Source of the DNA: Octopus sinensis
Lineage: Eukaryota
NCBI RefSeq assembly: GCF_006345805.1
Contig: NC_043001.1
Location: forward strand, 135,408,001-135,472,000
DNA: 64,000 nt
Direction of reading: 5' to 3'
A program made the position numbers and the translations under genes. Numbering within the stretch: the stretch's first letter is position 1; each line of letters opens with the position of its first letter. The notes beneath the pieces were generated by a model. It saw nothing but the letters and a program-made list of their open reading frames with translations, was not told the origin of the DNA and did no database searches. Shown here in pieces: positions 37,300 through 49,750 of this stretch.

Positions 37300-37600
37300 T
37301 AGGTATGCAGAAATGCTGGATATCAAGAATTGGTTAATAGAGTGACTAGGTGTGTTGGAATGGTGAGTTACAGATAGGCTGGGAGTGTATTGAACAATGC
37401 TACAAAGATGCTCATAGAAGTGTCTTGTATCAACAGTGTAGAGAGCCCTGCAAAATTTGCATGTGATGCATTGTATAATATTGGGGACATGCAACTGAAG
37501 TTTTATGCGATTTAAGGCTGGTGATGGTTGTGTTACTGGGAACAATGAATCTGTGATGAGGGTGAACTTCTTGCAGCCATTTCATTTGTCTCCTGTTTCT
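37300..37600 (-). mobile_element. Penelope-like element GIY-YIG endonuclease remnant
   Basis: NIIQCITCKFCRALYTVDTRHFYEHLCSIVQYTPSLSVTHHSNTPSHSINQFLISSI resembles the PLE pattern N-I-I-Y-C-I-x-C-x2-C-x2-Y-I-G-E-T...EH..SI...VAxHFN.xxH. Upstream frame has FIVPSNTTITSLK. Confidence 0.7.
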
Positions 37601-38380
37601 AAGAGATACCCACAGTGAAACACCAACCACCCATAGTAAATAAGGGGCCTCAGACCTCCCACAATAACTTAGGGATTACATAGTGAGGCATGGACTTTAT
37701 GCAACAACCTGATGTTTTGAACAAACCAGGGAGTGGAGTCTTTATATGGCAACTTGATCTGTTAGAAAGTGCAGTCAAATCTATTACACTGAATTCCTAG
37801 ATATACAAGCTGCTTTGTGTGTGCTTCTTATTTGATGTTGTTATTACTGTTTAGCCCCGATTCTGCTCTAATCCTGAAGACCTATAATTACACTCTTCCC
37901 GCCATGATCATTCCTGTACATTTTCAGAGGTAAATGTACCTATGGCACAACATTAATTTGAGGGTATTTTTTGTAGGTTGAGTAAGCATGTAGAAACTCA
38001 CTATTGTTTTTGTTGTCAATGTCTTTTAATGACATTAGAATCTAATTTTTGTTATTGTTCAGTCCGGACCAGTCCAAATAAAGAAGTTATCCTTGCTGTA
38101 ATCATCCTGTTTTGCTTAGATATAATGTAATCCAAGACTACATTAACCAACGTGTTGTTCTTTTTTAAAGACAGTAAAGTACAATTTAAAGGATATTTAG
38201 CTGTTGTTTCTAACAGGTGGCATGGCTATATTTATGAGATAGACACCCTTGTCAGCTTAGAAACTAGAATTTATATGAGAGAAAGAAGGAGGGTCTTGTT
38301 TTCTGCTTTGCAGGTAAGGGACAGAAAATGAAAGATGGATAAGAGGTATGAATGTTAATGAGTGTGTGTGTGTGTATCTA

Positions 38381-38416
<36 letters not shown>

Positions 38417-39294
38417 TGTAAATATATATATATATATAGAGAGAGAGAGATATGTAAAGAGAGAAAAGTGAGCTGTTATGTTTGTGTGTTGTAGGTGTGG
38501 GAGAGGAATTTGTGATGAAAAATTGTAGAACGTTGTGAAGCTATGGAGACAGAATCAGATCGATAACCTATAACATAGCTACTAAATACAGTAGCTTCTA
38601 ACACGTGGTGGTGGTGGTGGTGGTGGTGGTGGCGGCAGTGGTGCTGGAGATGATGGTGATAGCAGGAAAAGATAGATGCAGAGAGGGGAGAAGGAGCAAG
38701 TGCTCAATCCTGCTACAGGCTTTTCCTTTTGAATACACACGCACACACACACACACACACACACATTGCAGATACACACACATAAATACAAACAAACATA
38801 CACATGTATATATAGGTAGAAGTACATGAGGGAATTGGGTGTGTGAGAAGTCTATGGCTGATGGCTTAGTCACCACACACACACACAATGACTCTTACAA
38901 GACCAATCTCATTTCCTTTACTAAACTAAATTTGTCAAATTTACCAACATTCAAATAAACGGAACTAGACTTGTAAAAGTAAGTCTATAAATCTCTCTTT
39001 TAAAAAAAAAAAAAAGAAAATTAAATACATCCTCTTCACATCTGTATGATGAGTACTGTCCTGAAACTGTTTTTTAAAATTTTTTTCTAAATGGAAACAT
39101 TCAAAGGTAATGTGTGTGTGTGTGTGTGTGTGTGTGGATACATGGCTGTGTGTAAAAAGTTCACTTTGTGACTATATAGTTTTGAGTTCACTTTCACTCT
39201 GCACAACCTTGTGAAAGTGTCTTCTACTGTAGTCCTGGGCCAACCAATGCCTTGTTAGTGAATTCAGTAGGTGGACATTGTGTGGAAGCCCTTC

Positions 39295-39326
<32 letters not shown>

Positions 39327-39626
39327 TAATATATATATATATATTATAATTATATATACACACACAGATAGATAGATATATACATGTATACACATGCACA
39401 TATATACACATATACATATATGTATATATACTTGTATATATTCACATACACACACACATTTATACACATACATGCACACACACATACATACATACACACA
39501 CATGTATGTATTATGTATGTATGTTTTTCCATTACTGGTTGACAACTGATTTAATTCTTTTACATTTCTGAAACTTAGTTTCTGAAAAGAGATTGATATA
39601 TATATATGTGTGTGTGTATATATATA

Positions 39627-39657
<31 letters not shown>

Positions 39658-40016
39658 AATATCTATAAATAATAATAATATTAATATTTTATAAGCTTAA
39701 AGCTTATAAGAGATCACTGTTCATTGACTAACCTAAATAGTCTAATATTGAAGTATACAAGTCCTCGATGGAAAAATGTAGGGTTTGCCGTATGCATGGG
39801 ACTTGAACCCACACTTCTATGTATTCATGACAAGTGTACTACAGTTACACTAATGTACCCCTGACTGTTTTCAGTCAGATTTAAGAATTGTAATTTCGTA
39901 GTGTTGTTTTTTGTAAACAAACTTTCTATGTGCATTTTCAGCGATTATTTATTAAGTGGTGCCGAATTCTACAATCTGTAAATAATAATATTTTATATAT
40001 ATATATATATATATCA

Positions 40017-40950
40017 TCATCATCATCGTTTAACGTCTGCTTTCCATGCCAGCATGGGTTGGACGATTTTGACTGAGGGCTGGCGAACCAGATGGTTGCA
40101 CCAGTCTCCAATCTTGATTTGGCAGAGTTTCTACAGCTGGATGCCCTTCCTAATGCCAACCACTCTGAGAGTGTAGTGGGTGCTTTTTACGAGCCACCGG
40201 CATGGGGGCCAGTCAGGCGGTACTGGCAACGACCTCGCTCGAATCCTTTTACACATGCCACCAGCACAGGTGCCAGGAAGGCGACTTTGGTAACGATCAC
40301 GCTCGAATGGTGCCCTTTTACGTGCCACTGGCACAGAAGCCAGTTGGCTGCTCTGGCAACGATCACACTGGGATGGTGCTCTTGGCACCCTACTAGCACG
40401 GGCAAAAGTGCCAGTAAGGCGATGCTGGTAACGATCACGCTTGAATGGTTCCCTTAAAATGCCACTGGCACAGAAGCCGGTTAGCCGCTCTGTCAATGAT
40501 CATGCTTGTATGGCGCTCTTTGCACCCTGCCAGCACGGACACCGGTCATCGAATTTGATTTTGATTTTGCTTTTGATTGATTTTATTTGATTTCACTTGC
40601 CTCAGCAGGTCTTCGCAAATAGAGTTTTAGTGACCAAAGAAGGAAAAGGTTACGTACAAGTGGGCTGGTTATGTCCCTGGCATAGGCCATGAGATTATGG
40701 TTTCATTCGGCTTGCCAGGTCTTCTCATGCACGGCATATTTCCAAAGGTCTCGGTCTCTAGTCATTTCCTTGGTGAGGCCTAAGATTCAAAGGTCGTGCT
40801 TCACCACTTCATCTCAGGTCTTCCTGGGTCTACCTCTTCCACAACTTCCCTCAACCGCTAGGGTGTGGCACTTTTTCACACAGCTGTCCTCATCCATTCT
40901 CACCACATGACCATACCAGCGCAGTCGTCTCTCTTGCACACCACATCTCA
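40017..40950 (-). mobile_element. RTE LINE 3' ~930 bp: RT C-terminus, 3' UTR with higher-order module array, (GAT)n tail
   Basis: RCGVQERRLRWYGHVVRMDEDSCVKKCHTLAVEGSCGRGRPRKT*DEVVKHDL*ILGLTKEMTRDRDLWK, contiguous with the family D sequence. Confidence 0.9.
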
Positions 40951-42027
40951 CTTTGTCTGTCATTCTATACACACACATGTATATATATGCACTCATATAC
41001 ACCCCTTTTTACCTGTAAGATTTCACATGAGTAGGAAAGTATACTAAAATTGTTGCTAAAATAGCAGTTACACACACACACAGACACACGCCCACACACA
41101 TACATATGGATTATTACATTGCATAATGAAACACATACATTCAAATAGTGAATGACATATAACGAAACACACACACACACACACACAGACTTAATACATA
41201 AGACACATACATATAAACATACATAAAAATACATGCACACACACAGAGTTACACAGGGTGATATGAACAGCGACATGCCATGCACTCAAACACACATGCA
41301 CAGACATATAACATATGCACAAGTTTACACACAGACACCTGCACAAATAGTGACGTCCCATACAAGACACACACACACACACACACTCACTCATGAAAAC
41401 AGGTAGTAATAGTAAAGTGTGTGCTGGGGTGGATGCCTTGTTCATCGGTATTCCTGCTGTGTCTTCCAGTTACCATAGCAGCATTGGCAGCGTAGTAAGC
41501 AGCAGCAGCAAGCTATTTTAAGGGAGTTTTTTTTTTTCAAAGAAAAATTATATATGTAGTGAAGAATATATTTACATAAAGAATTAAATTGCTTAAACAT
41601 TCACATATAAGTATTTGTGCACACACATGTATGCATAAGACATGTCCATACACACATACAAATATATACAAACATATATGTCTACACACATGCACACATA
41701 CATATATCATCATCATCGTTTAGCGTCTGCTTTCCATGCTAGCATGGGTTGGATGGTTCAACTGGGGTCCGGGAAGCCAGAAGGCTGCACCAGGCCCAGT
41801 CTGATCTGGCAATGTTTCTACGGCTGGATGGATATAATATATATATATATATCTATACGCATACATATATATCCACACATACACACATATCCATACACAT
41901 AGATATATCTCCACACACACACATATCCATACACACATATATCCATACACACATATATCCACACACACGCACATCCACACACACACACATCCATACACAC
42001 ACATATATCTTCATACACATATCCATG

Positions 42028-42060
<33 letters not shown>

Positions 42061-42579
42061 GTATATATACGTGGTTACATACACACACACAAAAATATGT
42101 TCTTCACTCATGCATAAAACTTTAAACATACATTCTCACATTTTCCTTTCTTATTCTATACACATATATATCAATGTAAATCTCTGCATACCCACCCAAA
42201 GCATATACACATTAATAATATATTAATGCTTCCAACTGGTTTTTGATCCAGATTACATGCATATATTGTTCATCAGAATACATATACACCCAGCCTGTAT
42301 ACACACTCATACATGCATTCGAGTTGAGTGTATGTAGATAGTTTGAATAAGAAACCAATTGGGAATGTGTGTGTGTGTGTGTGTTGTCTCTGTTGGCAAT
42401 AAAAGGTCTCTCTTTCGGAGTAAAAGGCAGGTTGTCTGATATTTGTGTATGAACAACAGCACCACATGGTAGTGCGACATGGGGCCTGAATGCAGAAGAC
42501 ATATGAAGACTAGAGAGGAATGAAGTTAATGTATTCCATTGGATGTGCATTATCAGTGTGTAATGTGTGACAGTGTTGA

Positions 42580-42845
42580 TGTCTTGAGAGAAAAATTAGA
42601 CAGAAGTGGAATCGGTTGTAGTGTGCAAGAGAGAAGACTGCATTGGTTTGGTCATGTGATGCATACGTAAGAGGACAGATGAAAGTATGAAGAAATGCTT
42701 GTTGGTTAAAGTAGAAGACAGAGACCCAGGAAAACATGGCACAAAGTAGTGAAAGCTGATCTCAAGATACTGAACATTACAGAGATGAAAAAGGACCAAG
42801 GTGCTTTGTGATTCCATGTGCTTGAGAAGACCTATCCAACGGGGC
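42580..42845 (+). mobile_element. Decayed RTE RT C-terminal fragment
   Basis: LREKLDRSGIGCSVQERRLHWFGHVM..KTWHKVVKADLKIL. Confidence 0.75.
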
Positions 42846-44386
42846 AAAAAATGATACCCTAAAAGCACCTTAGTTATGCTTGGATAAGCTAGACAGGGCA
42901 GAAAGGGTAAAGGGGCCCCTGCCCTTCAACAGTTCCTAGTACCTCATACTTTAACACACACCACTCTTTTGTCTATGGCACTGCTTAGCTGTGGTAATCA
43001 ATTGTGTGTAGAATAGGTACATACTGCATGCCCACCACCTAAAGGTGGTGAGCTGGCAGAAACGTTAGCACGCCAGGCAAAATGTTTAGCAGTATTTTGT
43101 CTGTCTTTACATTCTGAGTTCAAATTCTGCTGAGGTTGACTTTGCCTTTCATCCTTTTGGGGGTCAATAAATTAAGTACCAGTTGCGTACTGGAGTTGAT
43201 CTAATCAACTGGTCTCCTCCCCTAAAATTTCATGCCTTATACTCTGTATTCACGCTTATACTCTTTCGGTCCATCACCAAACAGTCATGACCTTAGGTGA
43301 AGACAGGCACAAAAACCAAATTGAAGATAGCCAAACTCACTTTGGGTAAATAAACAAGTCCGTTCTCTAATAGAGAGAATAACTAGCGTCTAATAGAGAC
43401 TAACAGGCATAGGAAAGGCTGTGTGGTAAGTAGCTTGCTTATGAACCACATGGTTCCTGGTTCAATCCCACTGCGTGGCACCTTGGGCAAGTGTCTACTA
43501 CTATAGCCTCGGGCCAACCAAAAACCTTGTGAGTGGATTTGATAGACGGAAACTGAAAGAAGCCCGTCATATGTGTGTGTATATATATATATATATGCAT
43601 GTATGTATGTGTGTGTGTATATGTTTGTATGTCTGTGTTTGTCCCCCCCCAACATCGCTTGACAACTGATACTGGTGTGTTTATGTCCCTGTAACTTAGT
43701 GGTTTGGCAAAAGAAACCGATAGAATAAGTACTAGGCTTACAAAGAATAAGTCCTGGGGTCGATTTGCTCAACTAAAGGCAGTGCTGCAGCATGGCCACA
43801 GTCAAATGATTGAAAAGAGTAAAAATGTTTTGTTCTTTGTATTATTTTCATCCTCCAGTTCTTCCCATTATCATTGATCTCTATTTTCATCACTTCCATG
43901 ACCGCTCTCCACAAACTTCATAATTTCTGATTCAGATCTTTATTTAAAATATAGGGGCCCTGGTAGGAAAGGTCAATGAAGTGTATGTTTATAGTGGAAA
44001 GTATTTAAATATATACGTATTTAAATACTTTCTGTTATAAACATGCACTTCATTTCAACCACTAAGTCACAGGGATGTAAACAAACCCATACTGGTTGTC
44101 AAATGGTGGTGGGGGACAAACACACACATACACCTGATGGGTTTCTTTCAGTTTCCCTCTACCAATCTACTCTCAAGACTTTGGTTGGCCCAAGGCTATA
44201 GTAGGAGACACTTGCCCAATAAAGTTCATGAGGTCCCTCTGACGGTCTCTTTTGCCAAACCGCTAAGTTACGGAGATGTAAAACACCACCACCATTGGTT
44301 GCCAAGTGATGTGGGGGGGGAACACAGACACACAAACATATACATACATCACACAACACCATACACACACACACACAACACAATAA

Positions 44387-44445
<59 letters not shown>

Positions 44446-47239
44446 ACGACAGGCTTCTTTTAGTTTCTGTCTACCAAATCCACTCACAAGCTTTTGTTGG
44501 CCAAAGACACTTGCCCAAGGTGCCACACAGTGGAAATGAACCCGGAACCATGTGGTTGGTAAGCAAGCTACTTACCACAGTCACTCCTGTGCCTATTAGT
44601 TGTTGAAATCTCATGTAGACATACATTGCTGTGTGGATACAGGTTTTCAGTTGCCATCCCTTTGCAAGGTACCTTGTGTCAATCAATGCTTTATGAGTGG
44701 AACTGGTAGATGGAAACTGTATGGAAGCCCATCATGCATGTGTTTGTGCATATGTGTGAGTGTTTACCTTTTTCATGATACTGTTTGAGCAAAACAGTGA
44801 TGTCAATGCTTACATTCCCTGTAAGCCATATGTCCTCTAGTTTTGCACTTTCGAAGACGAGTGAAATAAAAAAGTCCTTTACTTGAAAAACAGATAAGGA
44901 TTTGTTAATAAAAAGGGCATCTGGCTATAAAATACTGCCTCAAAATAAATATTTTGAGGCAGTATGCTTTCCCTTTTAGTTGCCTTTCATGAAATTCAGG
45001 GAACTAGTATACATATTTTAAAAAACCCCAGTAAAACTCACACATCTAATTATAAAAACCTTCAGTGGATTCTTTGTTTGCCAACGAAATAGCAGGCTTG
45101 CATTCTCTAATCCCTGAATATCATGTTCTGCTCAGACTCAAGATAACTTAATTAATGGCTAGTCATTAAATTTCTAGAATAACTTCTAGATAATAACTTA
45201 TATTTACTCAATCTAGCAATGTTTCATCAACAGATTTCCTTATCTTTCCCTGTCTTTGTTGACAGTCAAAATAACCAATACTCTTTAAACCACACACCAC
45301 CCTCTTTTCACAAACATCGTTTTCCCCTTTATGCATTCTAGTCCCCTACTATTCTTGTTCGTTGGATGTTGGCACCATATAGCTGAACCTTCCCTATCAA
45401 TATTTAACCAGTGATGTTGTGAAATCCATACTGTACGTTATAGATTTCCAATGGAGATGCTGTAACTTGCACAGCGGAAGTATATAATCTAACTAAACAA
45501 ATACTTTATACACTCATTCATTATCATCATCATCATCATCATCATTATTATTATCATCATTATTATTATCATTATTATTATTATTATTATCATCAAGCTG
45601 CTACTTGGATCTCAATATTTACCTTTAACTACCAGAGTAAACATTAATGATAACCTTCTGATCCCGTATTAGAGGTGGTGGTGTGGGGGTAGCAGTAGCA
45701 GCAGTAGTAGTAGTAGTTGTAGTATTGGTGGGGTGGTGGTGATAGTACTAGTGTTAGTAATAGTGGTGGTAGCTGGGGCAATAGTAACAGTAATGGTGGT
45801 GGTGGTGGTGGTAGAAGTGGCTCCCTAACATATTCCAGCCTCTGGAATACTAATAGAGTACAGCACAATACTAATAGAGTACAGTAATTTATCTTAGTTG
45901 ATCCCATAGTTAGTTACTCTGGAGTTTCCATGACGTAAAAGCCCAAGAGGAACAGGCTACTGGATTAGCCAATGTACACACAAACGCACGCACATACACA
46001 CACACACACAACACAGTCAGCAACAACAATGAAAACAAGAACATTGAGAAATCTAGATCATGCATAAATTATCGATGGGTGGCTACGGCTTTCATAATCG
46101 GTCTCCGTGTGATGAGACGGAGCAGTGATTGTGTGCACGCTGGTATTTTCACAGCAATCAGACAGACAGCTTCCTGTGAGGACGCTGGTATTTGAAATTC
46201 AATCAGCTGCCAGGTTCCTCTTCAGGCTCCTTATATTGCTGGTTCCAATTATAGCCAAACTACCAACTTCTTTTCCTATTTTGGTTTATTGAATTTTTTG
46301 CTATTTTTCCTACTTTTTATTGAAATATTTCTTTGAACTAAAGAATTAGATTTTAAAATAATTCCAGAGAATGGGAGAGATGGGGGTGGTGGTGGGGGTG
46401 AAACAGAAGCAGACAATCTGCATGCATGGGTGTGTGTGTGTGTGTGTGATGCTTTTAGTTCTCTGCAATCCACTACATTTGGTAATGGATTGTTGTTTAA
46501 TCCCAAGAGAAATAGAGTAAACTTATTAAAGCACAAAAGGTGTTCCAACCATGACCATCCCAGAAAGTTTTGGTTCAGTTGCTAGCCAAGATTAAATATC
46601 AGAAATGGGAGAAATCTCCTTTCAGTTATTTCTTAAAGAATATACAAAAACCATTTAGAAACAACAGCTTTATATATATATATATATATATACCAACAAG
46701 TAAGTTAGGGGTTGTGGATCCAACCAACTAAGGGATAATACTTATCCAATATACTGTTGGTATAATACCCAAATTATTAATACACAAGTGTTTTTAATTG
46801 CAATGCAATTAACTTACTTATTGTATTATATGGGTGGAGGTAAATAAAAATTTTACCATTAATTTATATTACAAATAAGAAAATGGAGAAACGATTTAGT
46901 TGGTTTATCAGCTTTTGGATATTAGAATGTTGACTTGTTTATTTATAAAGCTGATAAACCAACTAAATTGTTTCTCCATTTTCTTATTTGTAATATATTT
47001 CATCATCATCATCATCATCATCATCGTTTAACGTCCGTTTTCCGCGCTAGCACGGGTTGGACGGTTTCGACCGGGGTCTGGGGAGCTAGGGACTGCCCCA
47101 GGCTCCAGTCTGGTGTGGCAGTGTTTCTACAGCTGGATGCCCTTCCTAACGCCAACCACTCCGCGAGTGTAGTGGGTGCTTTTTACGTGCCACCTGCACA
47201 GGTGCCAGAGGGGTCTGGCATCGGCCACGATCGGTTATT

Positions 47240-48310
47240 GCCTTTTTTCGTTGCATTGCGGCAGGGGGAGGTTTCCGGCAGAGAGAAGAGAGGGAGAGAA
47301 GTGGGGGGGGGTTGCATGTAATATAGGGGAGCACCAGTGGGGAAGGTTTGGGGTAAAGATAAACGATGACAGGTAGGGTTAGTGGCAGGTTCTAGACAGA
47401 ATGAAAAGTAGGAAGTAAAAACGTAGGATATCACGAGTGGGGGAGGGGGCTGGGAAGGAGATAGCCGGTTAAGGCAGTGACACATTTCAAAACAGGAGGA
47501 ACATAAGATAACAGGTTAAGTGGGACTGTTTGATAGCTGCGGCGCTAGCTACTTCTGTCTAGGGGGAGAGAGGCAGGGGTAAATACACGTGAGGAAGTAT
47601 AATTGAGGGGGAGGGGTAGGAGAAAGACACACGTAGTGGTGACGGTGGTAGAGGGGATATCCGGTGATGATGTGTAAACAGAGTGTTCTCCGGTATGGTG
47701 GTGGGGGTGGGTAGGGCGGGCGAACCGCGAATGGCGGGCGGCGAAGATTTTGATTGGGGACAGTAGTGATAAAGACTTAACTGGTACCGAGGGGTTAGAC
47801 AATTAAAGGGTATATTTTAAGAACAAGCAGAATTAGTGAATAGATTGATCGAACATTTAGGGTTAGCGGAAGAAATGAAATGAAATGAGAATTCTTAGCT
47901 TGCTTGCTGTGATCATCGCTGTGTGGTCAAGAAAGGGTGAATGAAAGAGAAGCAGAGAAGCACGAGTGAATTTTCACCGAAGTGGGTTGGAAGACGGAAG
48001 TTTTGATTGAAGACAGGACAGTACGGTAAGGCGGAGGAGACGAACGAAATATCTTCATACCGAGGCATATATTATATTAAATTAGAGATAAAACCACTAT
48101 TAGGCAATCAACAATGAAAACTTAAGCCAATACATAAAATAATTAATTATTTATATTATTTTAAATATATATCAAAAGTATTAAAAGTTTAATAAAAGAT
48201 AATGAGTAAAACACTACGATCGTTTCATGGCTGTCCAATTCGTAATAATTCGAGTTATGGTTACAGTCAATCTTCAGGTAATTGAAATATTTATCTTAGT
48301 GAGGCTTAGC
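47240..48310 (-). mobile_element. Probable Penelope-like element 5' region (hammerhead-bearing end plus CpG-rich body), truncated by a family D copy at 46998-47235
   Basis: Degenerate hammerhead at 48208-48284, AT-rich spacer, then an ~800-bp CpG-rich, strand-asymmetric segment; (TA)n at the outer end. No diagnostic RT motif was recognised. Confidence 0.45.
48208..48284 (-). ncRNA. Degenerate type I hammerhead motif
   Basis: caauuac CUGAAGA u ugacugu..acagcca u GAAA cgaucg UA gugu. Stem III is the palindrome ACGAUCGU; the 10.1:11.1 pair is U:U instead of G:C. Confidence 0.55.
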
Positions 48311-49015
48311 AATATATATATTTATATATATATATATATAAATAAATAAATAACATGAATGCATCACCAAATTTAAACATTGGAAGGCCTTCTTCAATGA
48401 GGAAGGAATTATAACCAAGATAGGTGATACTGCGTTAATGCATCTGTGCTGGTTCTGTGTAAATGCACATGTGATGGTGACATGTAAAAAACACCCAGCA
48501 CACTCTGTTAAGTGGTTGGTGTTAGGCAGGGCATCCAGCTATAGAAACCATGTCACAACAGACAGTTGGAATCTGGACAGCTCCCTGCTAGCCAGCTCCG
48601 TGTCAAACTGTCCAACCCCTATCAGCATGGAGACTGGACAGTAAATGATGATGATGATATGTTCAGATAATGTCATCATCATCATTGTCATCATATAACT
48701 TCCACTTTTCCATGTTTGCATGTGTTAGGTGGAATTGGTTGATGCAGATTCTCGATAACTGGATTCCTTTATCACCAACCTTCTTTTGTTTTTCTTCTTT
48801 TTACAGAAGACTGGAAACAAAACAAGCTTATTTGTGTAATGATGCTAATATACAACCATCATGTGACGTCTAGACAAGGATGCACACAAATACACACACA
48901 TCATAATATAATTTGATGGTTGAAAATTATCATTGTTACACAAGTAAGTAATACAAGTGCATTTTGCACCAAAAACCAATATGAAGGTTTCTCATATGGA
49001 AACAACCACAGTATT

Positions 49016-49680
49016 ATAATAATAATAATGAAATTATTGTGTATAGTGCCCAGGTGCACTACAACTCATCAAAGGTGCATATACAGTACAGAGAATTATG
49101 TACAAAAGTCAGGAAATTGAACAGTGTATGAGTCATGGTATACATGTGTGCATGCATATGCAGGTGGGGATATCAGGTGCAGTGTTGGTGAATTTCAGGA
49201 AGCCTGGAGCTTTTAAAGGATACAATGTCTCGGCAAGTAACAATTGATGCAGGTAGTTTGTTCCATGCTTCAGCAACTCTGAGTATGATAAAATGTTTCC
49301 AAAAGTCATGGGATCTGTGCTGTTTTCTGATTTCGTAAGGCATGCCCATGTGTATTAGACACACGGAGCTCAAAGTGGTTGTTGGCACAATGGTTAATGA
49401 TTTTGTGTGTGTTTACCAAGTTAATTTCCAGATGTCGGAGCTTCAATGTATCTATGCCTAGGGAAGCAAGGTGTTCAGAGTATGTTAGATACCTGATGGA
49501 GAGTATTCACTTGGTTGCACATGTCTGAACAGTTTCCAGGAGGTCAATGTCCTGAGCAAGATAGGGGTTCCAGACTGGTGATGCAAATTCCAAGAGTGGT
49601 TGCATCATAGCCATATACAGCCTTAAATAGATAGCTGGAGAGCAACTGACAAAGGTCTTGCTGAGTGATGTTCTTAGAGA
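49016..49680 (-). mobile_element. CR1-group LINE 3' end with (ATT)n tail
   Basis: QPLLEFASPVWNPYLAQDIDLLETVQ..; LRVAEAWNKLP; UTR gtgcacctgggcact..ataatttcattattatt. Confidence 0.85.
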
Positions 49681-49704
49681 ACATCTATGTTTAAGCAGGA
49701 ATAA

Positions 49705-49750
<46 letters not shown>

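Noticed and set aside
46103-46122. C-box (GTGATGA) suggesting a C/D snoRNA
   Set aside because: No suitably placed CTGA D box or terminal stem.
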